Below the pieces are notes generated by a model. The model was not told where the DNA came from. It was given only the letters and a program-made list of their open reading frames with translations, and made no database searches. A stretch of DNA of 64,000 bases from an uncultured bacterium (lineage in GTDB: Bacteria; Chloroflexota; UBA5177; JANWHV01), in the NCBI GenBank assembly GCA_963729625.1, contig CAVSOU010000007.1, forward strand, positions 544,001 to 608,000, given 5' to 3'. A program made the position numbers and the translations under genes. This document shows, one piece after another, positions 1 to 8,896 of this stretch; position 1 is the first letter of the stretch; every line of letters starts with the position of its first letter.

Positions 1-108
1 GCGGGCCAGAAGGGGTTCGCCGCCGAGGTCAAGCCAGAGCTTGTCGGCGCCGGCCATACGCCGACTTGAACCGGCGGCGACGATGATCGCGCCGATATCT
101 GGCGGCAC
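1..108 (-). CDS. ispD: 2-C-methyl-D-erythritol 4-phosphate cytidylyltransferase, N-terminal part (runs off window)
   Basis: Manual translation from GTG at 108: MPPDIGAIIVAAGSSRRMAGADKLWLDLGGEPLLAR, containing the AAGxSxRM...K IspD motif; directly follows a PIN/TRAM gene, as in the conserved yacL-ispD arrangement. Confidence 0.85.
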   Translation of the reverse strand, partial: MPPDIGAIIVAAGSSRRMAGADKLWLDLGGEPLLAR

Positions 109-110
109 CG

Positions 111-1163
111 CTAGCGACCGTTCCCGAAAGCTTTTGGATGCGCGAAGATCATCCTGCCCGCAACGGTTTGCAGCACGCGCGTGACCACGATCTCCACATC
201 GCGATTAAGGTAGCGATGGCCATCCTCGACAACGATCATCGTGCCATCGTCGAGATAGCCGACCCCCTGGTTGACTTCCTTGCCCTGTTGGATGATGTGC
301 ACGGCCATCTCTTCGCCCGGCAGCACCACCGGCTTCACCGCGTTGGCAAGCTGATTGATATTGAGCACGGTAACTCCCTGCAGCTCGGCCACGCGGTTCA
401 GGTTAAAGTCGTTGGTGATGATCGGCGCCGAAAGCCGCTTGGCAACCTGCACCAGCTTGCCGTCAACTTCAGGCACGTCCCTAGCATCCACATCCAGCAC
501 GCTGACCGGTGTCTCGGAGTCCTTGCTCATGCGATTGAGCATGTCCAGTCCACGACGGCCCCGGTTTCGGCGAAGAACGTCGGGTGAATCGGCGATCCGC
601 TGCAGCTCATCGAGGATAAAACGCGGCACGATCAGCTCGCCCGAGATGAAGCCCGTTGTGCTGATATCCGCGATCCGCCCGTCGATGATCGCACTGGTGT
701 CCAACAGCACGCGCTGACGGGGAGGCGCTGCGACAACGTCAGGCGTCGCGGAGGGACGAGGGCGCCGCGCGATGGCGCTACGAATGTCGGCGCCACGCTC
801 AAGCACGACCTGCGTGAACAGGGTCGTTATGACCATGAAGGCAAGGAGCGGCAGCCACACGCCGGCGGGATACTGCAAGCGAGAGAGAGGATACGCCACG
901 ACGACGGACATGACGAGACCCAAAGCCAAGCCCAGTGCGCCGGTGAGCAAATCCTCGATTGGAGCATCGCTCAGATAGCTGTTGAAGCGCGAGTAGGGCG
1001 ACCGGAGTACGATTGGCCCGGCAACGAATCCGGCCAGGAACACGAGGGCGCCGGCAATGACGTCTACGTTGTCCGCGTGATGCGGCAGGGCATCGACGGA
1101 CACCCAGGCGATTGAGCCGAGGACCGCGCCTCCAAGCAATCTTACTGAGAATCGAGACGTCAT
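111..1163 (-). CDS. PIN/TRAM domain membrane protein (YacL-like)
   Basis: N-terminal TM helices, LDTSAIIDGR PIN motif, TNDFNLNRVA, C-terminal TRAM (GVGYLDDGTMIVVE...QTVAGRMIFA). Confidence 0.93.
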   Translation of the reverse strand: MTSRFSVRLLGGAVLGSIAWVSVDALPHHADNVDVIAGALVFLAGFVAGPIVLRSPYSRFNSYLSDAPIEDLLTGALGLALGLVMSVVVAYPLSRLQYPAGVWLPLLAFMVITTLFTQVVLERGADIRSAIARRPRPSATPDVVAAPPRQRVLLDTSAIIDGRIADISTTGFISGELIVPRFILDELQRIADSPDVLRRNRGRRGLDMLNRMSKDSETPVSVLDVDARDVPEVDGKLVQVAKRLSAPIITNDFNLNRVAELQGVTVLNINQLANAVKPVVLPGEEMAVHIIQQGKEVNQGVGYLDDGTMIVVEDGHRYLNRDVEIVVTRVLQTVAGRMIFAHPKAFGNGR

Positions 1164-1378
1164 TGCACGTTACCTTGCCGGCGTTCCGGCGCAACGCGCA
1201 GGGACCACCAGTAGCCGGTGGCTGGCTGACGCCGACCACCATGTTGTTCATACGCTTTACACGCGGTTGACGAGGCCATGAGCTAGGGACTACCGCTCTG
1301 CTATCGGGTGGGGCACTCAAGGCACGCGAACTGCCCCACTCGGAGGCAGTCATCTCCCATTCATGCGCCGGTGGCATC

Positions 1379-1408
1379 AGTGTAGCACGCCCGAAAAAAC
1401 CGCGTAAA
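1379..1408 (-). promoter_or_regulatory. Putative sigma70-type promoter for the PIN/TRAM-ispD transcript
   Basis: Minus strand TTTACG-18nt-TACACT with extended -10 TG. Confidence 0.5.
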
Positions 1409-1606
1409 GCGCGATAGCGGCTGCGGACGTCCTCCGTAAACGTTTCCAGGAACGTCGCGGCCCTTTCTACCGGGAATCATTCCATCCCCGGCAGGTGTTG
1501 CGCGCGAAGGGCATGAGATTCCCATTGCCATCAACCGGGAAGGCCGGTACTTTCATGGTAGGTCGCCCGGGCGACTCGCTGAGTCAGGGTCGAAGGAGGA
1601 CCCGCG

Positions 1607-1912
1607 GTGAGCAGAGACGAAGTGCACATTCGGCATCTCTATGCCGGTCGTGAAATCGATCCCGTTGAAGCAGCGAGCATCCACATCGCCCTCCAGGAGC
1701 TTCAGGAGCGGTTCAACTCCTACCTGGAAATCGAGGTGGCCGAGGACGATACGGCTGACCGCATCGAGGGCAACTGCCGCGCGATCGCGGAGGAGCTGCG
1801 CATGCATCTGCTGTTCACGGTCGTCGCGACGCGGGCCGTCCGCAACCCGGCGGGCCGCCTGGAGACAGAGCCGTCACTCCTCCAGGTCAGCCTCGATCGC
1901 AATCACAACTGA
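1607..1912 (+). CDS. Hypothetical protein, 101 aa
   Basis: Strong RBS (GAAGGAGGA) upstream of GTG, GC3-biased codons; no recognised motif. Confidence 0.7.
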   Translation: MSRDEVHIRHLYAGREIDPVEAASIHIALQELQERFNSYLEIEVAEDDTADRIEGNCRAIAEELRMHLLFTVVATRAVRNPAGRLETEPSLLQVSLDRNHN

Positions 1913-2805
1913 ACACTCCGCCTCGGTTCATCCAGCGCCGGCTTGCGCATCCGCAGCTTGCGGAGAGAGACTGAAAACCGCCTCCTGCCCACCTCCTCGC
2001 CCCGGACGACAGCCAGGGAAAAACGGTGCAGGGCGCCGTTACTGGCGAGAACATCCCTCCGTTCGAGTCGATGCGGTTGCCCGTCAAAGTCGCTGACCTT
2101 GCCACCGGCTTCCAGCACGATCAGCGCCGCGGCGGCCACGTCCCAGGGCGCGAGCGCCGGTCCGCAGAACAGCTCGAAACGACCGCATGCGACATAGCAG
2201 AGATCGAGCGCGCCCGCTCCTGTGGTGCGACACCCTTGTGTCAGACGCGTGAAGGCTTGGCCGGCTGCGACGCGCCTGCCCTTGTAGCGATGGCTGTTCA
2301 TGCCACACCCGGCGAGTGCCGCCTCGGGCCGCTCGATCCGGCTGACGACGATCGGCGTACCATTCAGGGTGGCCCCGCCACCCCGACTAGCCGCGAACAT
2401 CTCGCCGGTGGCGGGATTGTAGACGACGCCGGCCATCAGCTCGCCCGCATACTCGACGCCGATCGAAACGGCGAAGGCGGGAACGCCGTGCGCGAAGTTG
2501 GTGGTGCCGTCGACGGGATCGATAATCCAGCGATAGAGCGAGGCTTCGGCCCCAGTCGTGCCTTCTTCAGCCAGGATGCGATGGTCGGGGTACGCGGCTC
2601 TGATCCTGCCAGTCACGATCGCTTCCGATGCCTTGTCGCCATCGGTGACCAGGTCAGATGGGCCATTCTTGAACTGGATCTCGCGCGGCGTCCCCAGCTT
2701 CTCGCGCAGCATCGCGCCTGCTTCGAGCGCGGCCTGCTCGGCCAGGCCGCGCAGATCTGTCGCTGTCACCGGGCCGGCTAGCTGGTCACATCCCGTCACC
2801 AACAT
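1903..2805 (-). CDS. suhB: Inositol monophosphatase family protein
   Basis: DLVTDGD, ILAEE, WIIDPVDGTTNFAHG, WDVAAA motifs; true start probably 2805 or 2769 rather than 3003. Confidence 0.9.
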   Translation of the reverse strand: MLVTGCDQLAGPVTATDLRGLAEQAALEAGAMLREKLGTPREIQFKNGPSDLVTDGDKASEAIVTGRIRAAYPDHRILAEEGTTGAEASLYRWIIDPVDGTTNFAHGVPAFAVSIGVEYAGELMAGVVYNPATGEMFAASRGGGATLNGTPIVVSRIERPEAALAGCGMNSHRYKGRRVAAGQAFTRLTQGCRTTGAGALDLCYVACGRFELFCGPALAPWDVAAAALIVLEAGGKVSDFDGQPHRLERRDVLASNGALHRFSLAVVRGEEVGRRRFSVSLRKLRMRKPALDEPRRSVQL

Positions 2806-3029
2806 GTCGCCAGCGCCGGTCAACGGCAGACACTCGCGGAAATCCAACCAAGGCTCATGGACGTATGGTAGCACAGGCCTGGATTGCACTCCCTTGCTCT
2901 GTGTTACGCCAGCTACGCCATCTGGACGTTCCACTCGTTTTGCGCGGAATTGGGTAGCCTGAGATGTGCGTCCTTCGGGATGCAGATCTGCTACGCTCCC
3001 CATATGTCGGCAGTGAAACCGTGAGTCCC

Positions 3030-4394
3030 ATGGCTATTCGACAGTCGCAGCGCGTTGCCGCTCCCTGTACTATCTGTGGCTTGTACCATACGTCAGGCAC
3101 GATCTGCCCAGTGGCCTCGCCGCTTGCCGTGCGCGCCGAGGGGCGTGCTCTGGCGCCGGGAATCGTCCTGGGTGGCCGCTTCCGGATCGACGCCATAACA
3201 CATCGCTCGGGCATGAGCACGCTCTATCGTGCCACCGACCTCCGCGACCAGCTCGGCACCGTTGCCGTGAAACGACTGTCCGTGGCCGGGCTTTCAGCCG
3301 AAGAGCAGCAGGAGTCGCGCAAATGGCTTGCCAGAGAGGCCGGATTACTCTCATCACTCAAGAATCCACACCTGCCGGAGCTGCTTGCGGCTTTCAGCGA
3401 GGGAGACGAGCACTTCGTGGTCATGCCGTACCTGGAGGGACGGACCATCAGGGAGCTGGTGGAAGCCGAGGGGCCTCTGCGCGAGGACTACGTCGTGCGC
3501 TGGGCGTGCATCCTGGCCGATGTCCTGGCCTACCTGCATGGTCAAGATCCGCCGATAATACACCGCGACCTCAAGCCGGGCAACATCCTGATACTACCGG
3601 ACATGAAGCTCGTGCTGCTCGACCTGGGCGTCGCGCGCGCCGTGCTGCGCGGCGTGCCCGGAACCGCCATCGGCACGCCCGGGTACGCTCCGCCGGAGCA
3701 GTACCAGGGACTTGCCGATGAGCGCAGCGATATCTATGCCTTGGGAGCGACGGTCCACTATATGCTGACCGGGTATGACGCGGAGCACGAGCTTCCGTTT
3801 CGCCACCCGCCCGTGCGACAACTTGAGCCCGAGATCAGCCCGGCGCTCGAGCAATTGGTCGGTGCGCTGTTGCAGGTCGGGCCAGAGCAACGGCCGCAGG
3901 ATGCGTCGGCCGTGAGCAAGCAGTTTGCCCTTGTCGATTTGGTGGAGCTGGGCGTCGCGAGCGGACTCTACAGGCGCGCTCTGCGGAGCTATCTAATCGC
4001 TGCAGCATGCTTGTCCGGCTTCCTGGGTTTCATCTCGTTGCCGTCATTCGCCGGAATGTCGACTGTTTGGACCCTCCTGCCGTGGATCACCTTCTCCGCA
4101 ACAGCATTCGCTCGCCGACCGGAACGCCGGCGCGAAGTTGAGGTGTCGAAGACAGAGAACACAGTCATACAGATGCACGTTCAGCGCGTCGAGTGGATGC
4201 TGCTGCCCGCCACGTTTGCCTTCCTGTTCGCGTTCGGTTTCATTCCCGGCAGCCAGTATCTGGCCCTGTTTGTAGGCTTGCTCACGATCGCGCTGCTCGT
4301 AACAGGCTGGAAGACAGCCGATCGGGCCGTCCAACAAGAGATCCTTAGCCTGAATTGCGTGACAGGCAACACAGCGCCTCGATTGAGGCTCTGA
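3030..4394 (+). CDS. Hanks-type Ser/Thr protein kinase with C-terminal TM helices
   Basis: VAVK, HRDLKPGN, DLG, GTPGYAPPE, DIYALG; hydrophobic C-terminus; start approximate. Confidence 0.92.
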   Translation: MAIRQSQRVAAPCTICGLYHTSGTICPVASPLAVRAEGRALAPGIVLGGRFRIDAITHRSGMSTLYRATDLRDQLGTVAVKRLSVAGLSAEEQQESRKWLAREAGLLSSLKNPHLPELLAAFSEGDEHFVVMPYLEGRTIRELVEAEGPLREDYVVRWACILADVLAYLHGQDPPIIHRDLKPGNILILPDMKLVLLDLGVARAVLRGVPGTAIGTPGYAPPEQYQGLADERSDIYALGATVHYMLTGYDAEHELPFRHPPVRQLEPEISPALEQLVGALLQVGPEQRPQDASAVSKQFALVDLVELGVASGLYRRALRSYLIAAACLSGFLGFISLPSFAGMSTVWTLLPWITFSATAFARRPERRREVEVSKTENTVIQMHVQRVEWMLLPATFAFLFAFGFIPGSQYLALFVGLLTIALLVTGWKTADRAVQQEILSLNCVTGNTAPRLRL

Positions 4395-4426
4395 AGCAGC
4401 TGTACTTAAGCTCCAGGGAGGCTAGC

Positions 4427-5947
4427 ATGGCTGATCCGGTATCCACCCACGCGGTGGACGCCCTCAAAGCGGAGCTGCGTGAGCTGTCCGACATTCGGCG
4501 TGCACTGTCCGCTCTGGGATGGGACGAGCTCACACATATGCCTCCGGGCGGGGCGCCAGGGCGCGCGGAATCGACGGCAACGCTGGAGAGAATCGCGCAC
4601 ACGCGACTCACCTCGGCACGCATGGGCGACCTGATCGAAGCGGCGGAAGATGACGTATCGGGACTGGATACCGACTCCGACGACTTCAATCTGGTGCGCG
4701 TAATCGGTCGGGACTATCGGCGATCGGCACGGATGCCGCACGACCTCGTCGCGGAACGGGCCAGAGCGCGTACCCTCGCCAATTCTGCCTGGGAAGTGGC
4801 GAAACGTAACGACGACTACGCGCTCTTCGCGCCGTGGCTTCAGAAGAATATCGAGCTGGACCGGCAGCTGGCTGAGGCCGTCGGCTATCAGGAGCATCCA
4901 TTCGACGCGCTGATCGAAGCGGACGACCCGGGCGTGACCGCGTCTTCCATGCGGGCGATATTTGCCGCTCTGCGACCATCGCTCGTCGATCTGGTGCAGC
5001 GTGTCGCGCGCAATGACGATGTCGGTGACGACCTGCCGACACGCGGGCTATTCGACGAAGCCGCCCAGGAGCGCGTGTGCCGGGATGTAGCAGAGCGGAT
5101 CGGCTACGACTTCAGCAGAGGCGACCTGGATCGGACAGTGCACCCGTTCATGACCAGTTTCGGTCGCGACGATGTCCGTATCACCACGCGGTACGACGCC
5201 CAGAACTTGCCCGTTGCCCTTCTGGGGACCGTGCACGAGGCCGGCCATGCCCTGTACGAGCAAGGCATCGACGTGTCGCTGGACCGCACGATGCTGGACA
5301 TTGACCTTCCTTCAGGCATGCACGAGAGCCAGTCGCGGCTATGGGAAAACTTCGTCGGCCGCGGGCTTCCGTTCTGGCAATACTATTACCCGACGGTCCA
5401 GGCCGCCTTTCCCGATGCGCTGGCCGCCGTCGACATTACCGCCTTCCACCGCGCGATCAACCGCGTGCAGCCGTCGTGCATTCGCATGGAAGCCGACGAG
5501 GTGACCTACAGCCTGCACATCATGCTGCGTTTCGAGCTCGAGCTGGCGCTCTTCGAAGGGGAAATCGCCGTGGCCGACGCGCCGGAAGCCTGGAACGCCG
5601 CGATGCGTACCTACCTCGGCATCACGCCGCCGAACAATCGCGAGGGAATCCTGCAGGACGTCCACTGGACGGCCGGATTCGGTCACTTCCAGGGCTACGC
5701 GCTTGGCAATATCATCGCGGCACAGCTCTGGGAAGCCGTCGATAAAGCTCATCCCGACCTGCCGGACCTCATAAGGAACGGCCAGTTCAGGCCGCTTCTG
5801 GACTGGCTGCGTGTCAACATTCACAGGCATGGCCGGAAGTATGATTCCGCCGATCTCGTGCAACGGGCAACCGGTGTGCCGCTATCGACTGAGCCCTACA
5901 TTCGCTACCTGAGCGGGAAATTCGGCGCGATTGCTGCGCCGGCATAG
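4427..5947 (+). CDS. Carboxypeptidase M32 (Taq-like)
   Basis: HPF, DVRITTRY, HEAGH, HESQSRLWEN, IRMEADEVTY, GILQDVHW; GGAGG RBS before ATG 4427. Confidence 0.95.
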   Translation: MADPVSTHAVDALKAELRELSDIRRALSALGWDELTHMPPGGAPGRAESTATLERIAHTRLTSARMGDLIEAAEDDVSGLDTDSDDFNLVRVIGRDYRRSARMPHDLVAERARARTLANSAWEVAKRNDDYALFAPWLQKNIELDRQLAEAVGYQEHPFDALIEADDPGVTASSMRAIFAALRPSLVDLVQRVARNDDVGDDLPTRGLFDEAAQERVCRDVAERIGYDFSRGDLDRTVHPFMTSFGRDDVRITTRYDAQNLPVALLGTVHEAGHALYEQGIDVSLDRTMLDIDLPSGMHESQSRLWENFVGRGLPFWQYYYPTVQAAFPDALAAVDITAFHRAINRVQPSCIRMEADEVTYSLHIMLRFELELALFEGEIAVADAPEAWNAAMRTYLGITPPNNREGILQDVHWTAGFGHFQGYALGNIIAAQLWEAVDKAHPDLPDLIRNGQFRPLLDWLRVNIHRHGRKYDSADLVQRATGVPLSTEPYIRYLSGKFGAIAAPA

Positions 5948-5984
5948 GTGATGCATCTGGTATGTTCGCGCCACGCGGGAGACC

Positions 5985-7457
5985 GTGGCGCCATGGAGGG
6001 CAGGACAATATGCACAGCCAACCGTCACGAGTGACGTTCCGGCGATGAGTCGCGACGCGATGATCGGATCGAAGGAGCTATCTCTCCAGGCGCTGCTGGG
6101 CAAGCAAATCCGGTCCGCCCGGCGGCGCGCCGCGGCGGTTACCGTGTTTCGGGACGTGCTGGACGACGCGGTCAGCCATGCCTTCTTGCAACTTCTGGAA
6201 CACCTTGACGAACGGCCGACGGTAGAGGGCGCCGTGGAGGCCGCTCGATCCGCCCCTGCCCGCGGCAGCGTCGTCGCCGCGGCGTATGCGCGAGTGTTCG
6301 CGCGGCTTGCCGAGTCAGCCGCGCCCGCCGTCTCAGGCGCGGATGCGTGGCAATCGCACCTTCTCTGGCGCGTCATCGACTGCAGGAATCCGTTCAGCGA
6401 ACTGGTCGAGCGTGCCGGAGTCGAATCCGCGCCCTCGTCGCTGCTGGACCAGGCACGTCGGGATCTGCGTGGCCTGCAATGGCTCTACTCGCTGGGAACG
6501 GATGCGATCCGGGATTCGGTAGTGCATCTTGCGGGCGTCGATCTCGCCGAAGCGCTGGCGCCGTGGCGCGAGCTTGGTGGAGCCGCCTCCGATGACGGGC
6601 CGCGACTTGCCATGGCCGCCCGACTCGGCACCGCGCTGGACTGGGGTGCACTCGTCGAGGATCTGGGGAACCACTGGCATGCACACGGGCTTGGGCTGTT
6701 CTCGCGCCATCATGCCGCCCAGTGGACCACTGATGAAGGCGGAGTGCTGGTAGCCCAGAGCCATGTGGACCCAATTCGGCTGGAAGACCTGGTGGCGTAT
6801 GAGGCCGAGCGAGCGCCGCTCATCCGCAACACCGAGCGATTCGTAGCCGGCCTACCCGCGCAGCACTGCCTGATCTACGGCGAACGTGGCACCGGCAAGT
6901 CCTCAACGGTGAAAGCGCTCTTGCATGCCTTCGCGGGCAGAGGCCTGCGCCTGGTAGAGCTAAACAAGGATCACTTGAGCGACCTTCGCAGAGCCCTGTC
7001 ACTGCTGCGCGATCACCCGCAGCGCTTCATCCTCTTTGTCGACGATCTTTCATTTGAAGAACAGGAGACCCAGTACAAGGCGCTCAAGTCCGCGCTTGAA
7101 GGACGGATCGAAGCCTGGCCGCCGAACGTCGTCCTCTATGTGACGACGAACCGCCGCCATCTCGTGAAGGAGCGTTTCTCCGACCGCGAGGCGGTGGTGG
7201 AGGGTGAGGTGCGACCTCGCGACACCATGGAGGAGAAGCTCTCGCTGGCCGACCGATTCGGCCTTCAGGTCGCTTTCCCATCGCCCGACCAGGAACGCTA
7301 CGTGACCATCGCCACATCCCTGGCGCGAGCTCACGGTGTCGCATTGGCCGACGACGAGATACGGCGCCGAGCCATTCAGTGGGCGTTGTGGCACAACGGG
7401 CGATCCTGCAGATCCGCCCGGCAATTTGTCGACGACCTGATAGGAGAATGCTCATGA
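5985..7457 (+). CDS. DUF815-family AAA+ ATPase
   Basis: GERGTGKSS Walker A, FILFVDDLSFE Walker B, TNRRHLVKE, EEKLSLADRFGL; start uncertain. Confidence 0.88.
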   Translation: MAPWRAGQYAQPTVTSDVPAMSRDAMIGSKELSLQALLGKQIRSARRRAAAVTVFRDVLDDAVSHAFLQLLEHLDERPTVEGAVEAARSAPARGSVVAAAYARVFARLAESAAPAVSGADAWQSHLLWRVIDCRNPFSELVERAGVESAPSSLLDQARRDLRGLQWLYSLGTDAIRDSVVHLAGVDLAEALAPWRELGGAASDDGPRLAMAARLGTALDWGALVEDLGNHWHAHGLGLFSRHHAAQWTTDEGGVLVAQSHVDPIRLEDLVAYEAERAPLIRNTERFVAGLPAQHCLIYGERGTGKSSTVKALLHAFAGRGLRLVELNKDHLSDLRRALSLLRDHPQRFILFVDDLSFEEQETQYKALKSALEGRIEAWPPNVVLYVTTNRRHLVKERFSDREAVVEGEVRPRDTMEEKLSLADRFGLQVAFPSPDQERYVTIATSLARAHGVALADDEIRRRAIQWALWHNGRSCRSARQFVDDLIGECS

Positions 7458-7957
7458 TGATCCCTGTCCTGATCGGCTGGATTATCGGCGTGCCGCTGGA
7501 TATATGGTGGCCACGCAAAGTCGCGCCCGAGCACCCTGGGCTGGCCCGCGCCTATTCCCTGATCCGCCTGATCTCAGTGCTCCTCGCCGCAAGCTATCTC
7601 TTCTACTTCGTGGTACTGCTGCAGATGGGACTGCTTGGGCCTATTGGCTGGCTAGACGCGCTCGGATTCGGCGTCGGCGGCTGCGCGTTCATGCTGTCGC
7701 CGCTGGCCACGTGCGCGACCGCCCTGGACGCGCAGCGCCGCTGGCTGGCGATTAGCGGCAGTTATTGGGCTGGTCTCCTCACGGCCGGTCAAGCGTGGTT
7801 CAGCCTCTCGATATTTCTCACTCTGATCACGCAGGCCCCCTGGGCGCCCTTCTGGTACAGAGCGGCTTCGCTGATCAGCACGATCCTGGCGGCAGCGGCC
7901 TTCATGCTCGTGCTCGAGCTGTACAGCATGGTGAGGCGGCCCACGGATCAGGCGTAG
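7454..7957 (+). CDS. Hypothetical integral membrane protein
   Basis: About 5 hydrophobic segments; ATGA overlap with upstream stop and AGGAG RBS. Confidence 0.7.
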   Translation: MMIPVLIGWIIGVPLDIWWPRKVAPEHPGLARAYSLIRLISVLLAASYLFYFVVLLQMGLLGPIGWLDALGFGVGGCAFMLSPLATCATALDAQRRWLAISGSYWAGLLTAGQAWFSLSIFLTLITQAPWAPFWYRAASLISTILAAAAFMLVLELYSMVRRPTDQA

Positions 7958-8022
7958 CCCCGTCGGATGGCGCGTTGGGCACGCTGTCTCGCGCTACGGG
8001 TGCTTGCCCGCCGCTGCGGCGG

Positions 8023-8454
8023 TCACTGGGCGATCGGGTTGAGCCAGCGCAAGCCGGGGAAGCGAGCGAAATCGCTATCCGTGGAACACAGCGTCAGCCC
8101 GTGCTCTATCGCTAATGCGGCCAGATGCGCATCGGGCACCAGGTTGGCGTGCACACCGGGCAGCGCGAGGAACCGGCCGAGTACTTCCGCGTGGCGCGCT
8201 GTCGGCGCTGGTGTCCACGCTGTCTCGCAGTCAAGCCAGGCGCGCGCCTGTCGCCAGGCATCGGCGATCGGCTCAGGCCGTTCGAATACCCGCGGGTTCG
8301 TCACCAATCGCAAGAATGCGAGCACGCTTACCCACGGTAGACCGACGAGGCCGTCGCCGTTCAGTTGGCGGTCGAGCCATTGGCGCGCGGCATCATGCTG
8401 GGGAAATGTGCTAACGTGGGCGTAAATGAGTATGTTCGCGTCGATCGCGATCAC
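8023..8454 (-). CDS. vapC: Type II TA toxin, VapC PIN-domain RNase
   Basis: IAIDANILIYA, DAHLAALAIEHG, STDSDFARF. Confidence 0.93.
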   Translation of the reverse strand: MIAIDANILIYAHVSTFPQHDAARQWLDRQLNGDGLVGLPWVSVLAFLRLVTNPRVFERPEPIADAWRQARAWLDCETAWTPAPTARHAEVLGRFLALPGVHANLVPDAHLAALAIEHGLTLCSTDSDFARFPGLRWLNPIAQ

Positions 8455-8699
8455 TTGAAGCCCTCGCCCTCGGAGATGGCAAGGGCATCTCCAATATCGT
8501 CGACCTCGCTTATCCGCACGGCGCCAAGCACGACCGACTGCGTGCGAAAAGGTTCTCGCTGCTTCGGTTTGCTGGACATGTCCTTAAGACCTCGTCGCAA
8601 CGCCTCATTGACGAGTTCTTTCAGACTCTCGCTTCGCACCGTTCGCATGCGATTGAGTGCGGCTGCGACGTCGTCCTCGATGGTCAAGGTTGTTCTCAT
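8451..8699 (-). CDS. vapB: Type II TA antitoxin, RHH-type VapB
   Basis: MRTTLTIEDDV...SLKELVNEALRRGL; 4-nt overlap with vapC. Confidence 0.9.
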   Translation of the reverse strand: MRTTLTIEDDVAAALNRMRTVRSESLKELVNEALRRGLKDMSSKPKQREPFRTQSVVLGAVRISEVDDIGDALAISEGEGFK

Positions 8700-8736
8700 A
8701 CATCAAATCATAGGGCGGCTGATGTCTTGATGTCAA
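8700..8736 (-). promoter_or_regulatory. vapBC promoter, probably leaderless, with ACATCA operator repeats
   Basis: TTGACA-18nt-TATGAT, then 7 nt to the ATG; two ACATCA copies and one inverted TGATGT overlap it. Confidence 0.7.
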
Positions 8737-8896
8737 TTGCCGCCTTCAACCCTGCGTTGGTCCGCCTTGTGGGTAGTTTCTTGACCAGAACTCCAGGAGT
8801 GGGTGTTACACTATGCGTGGTGGACAGCCCCATTGCACCGTGCTCAGGTTGCGGACTTCTGGCGCTTTTCGAACAGCGGGAGAGGATTTGCTCAGC

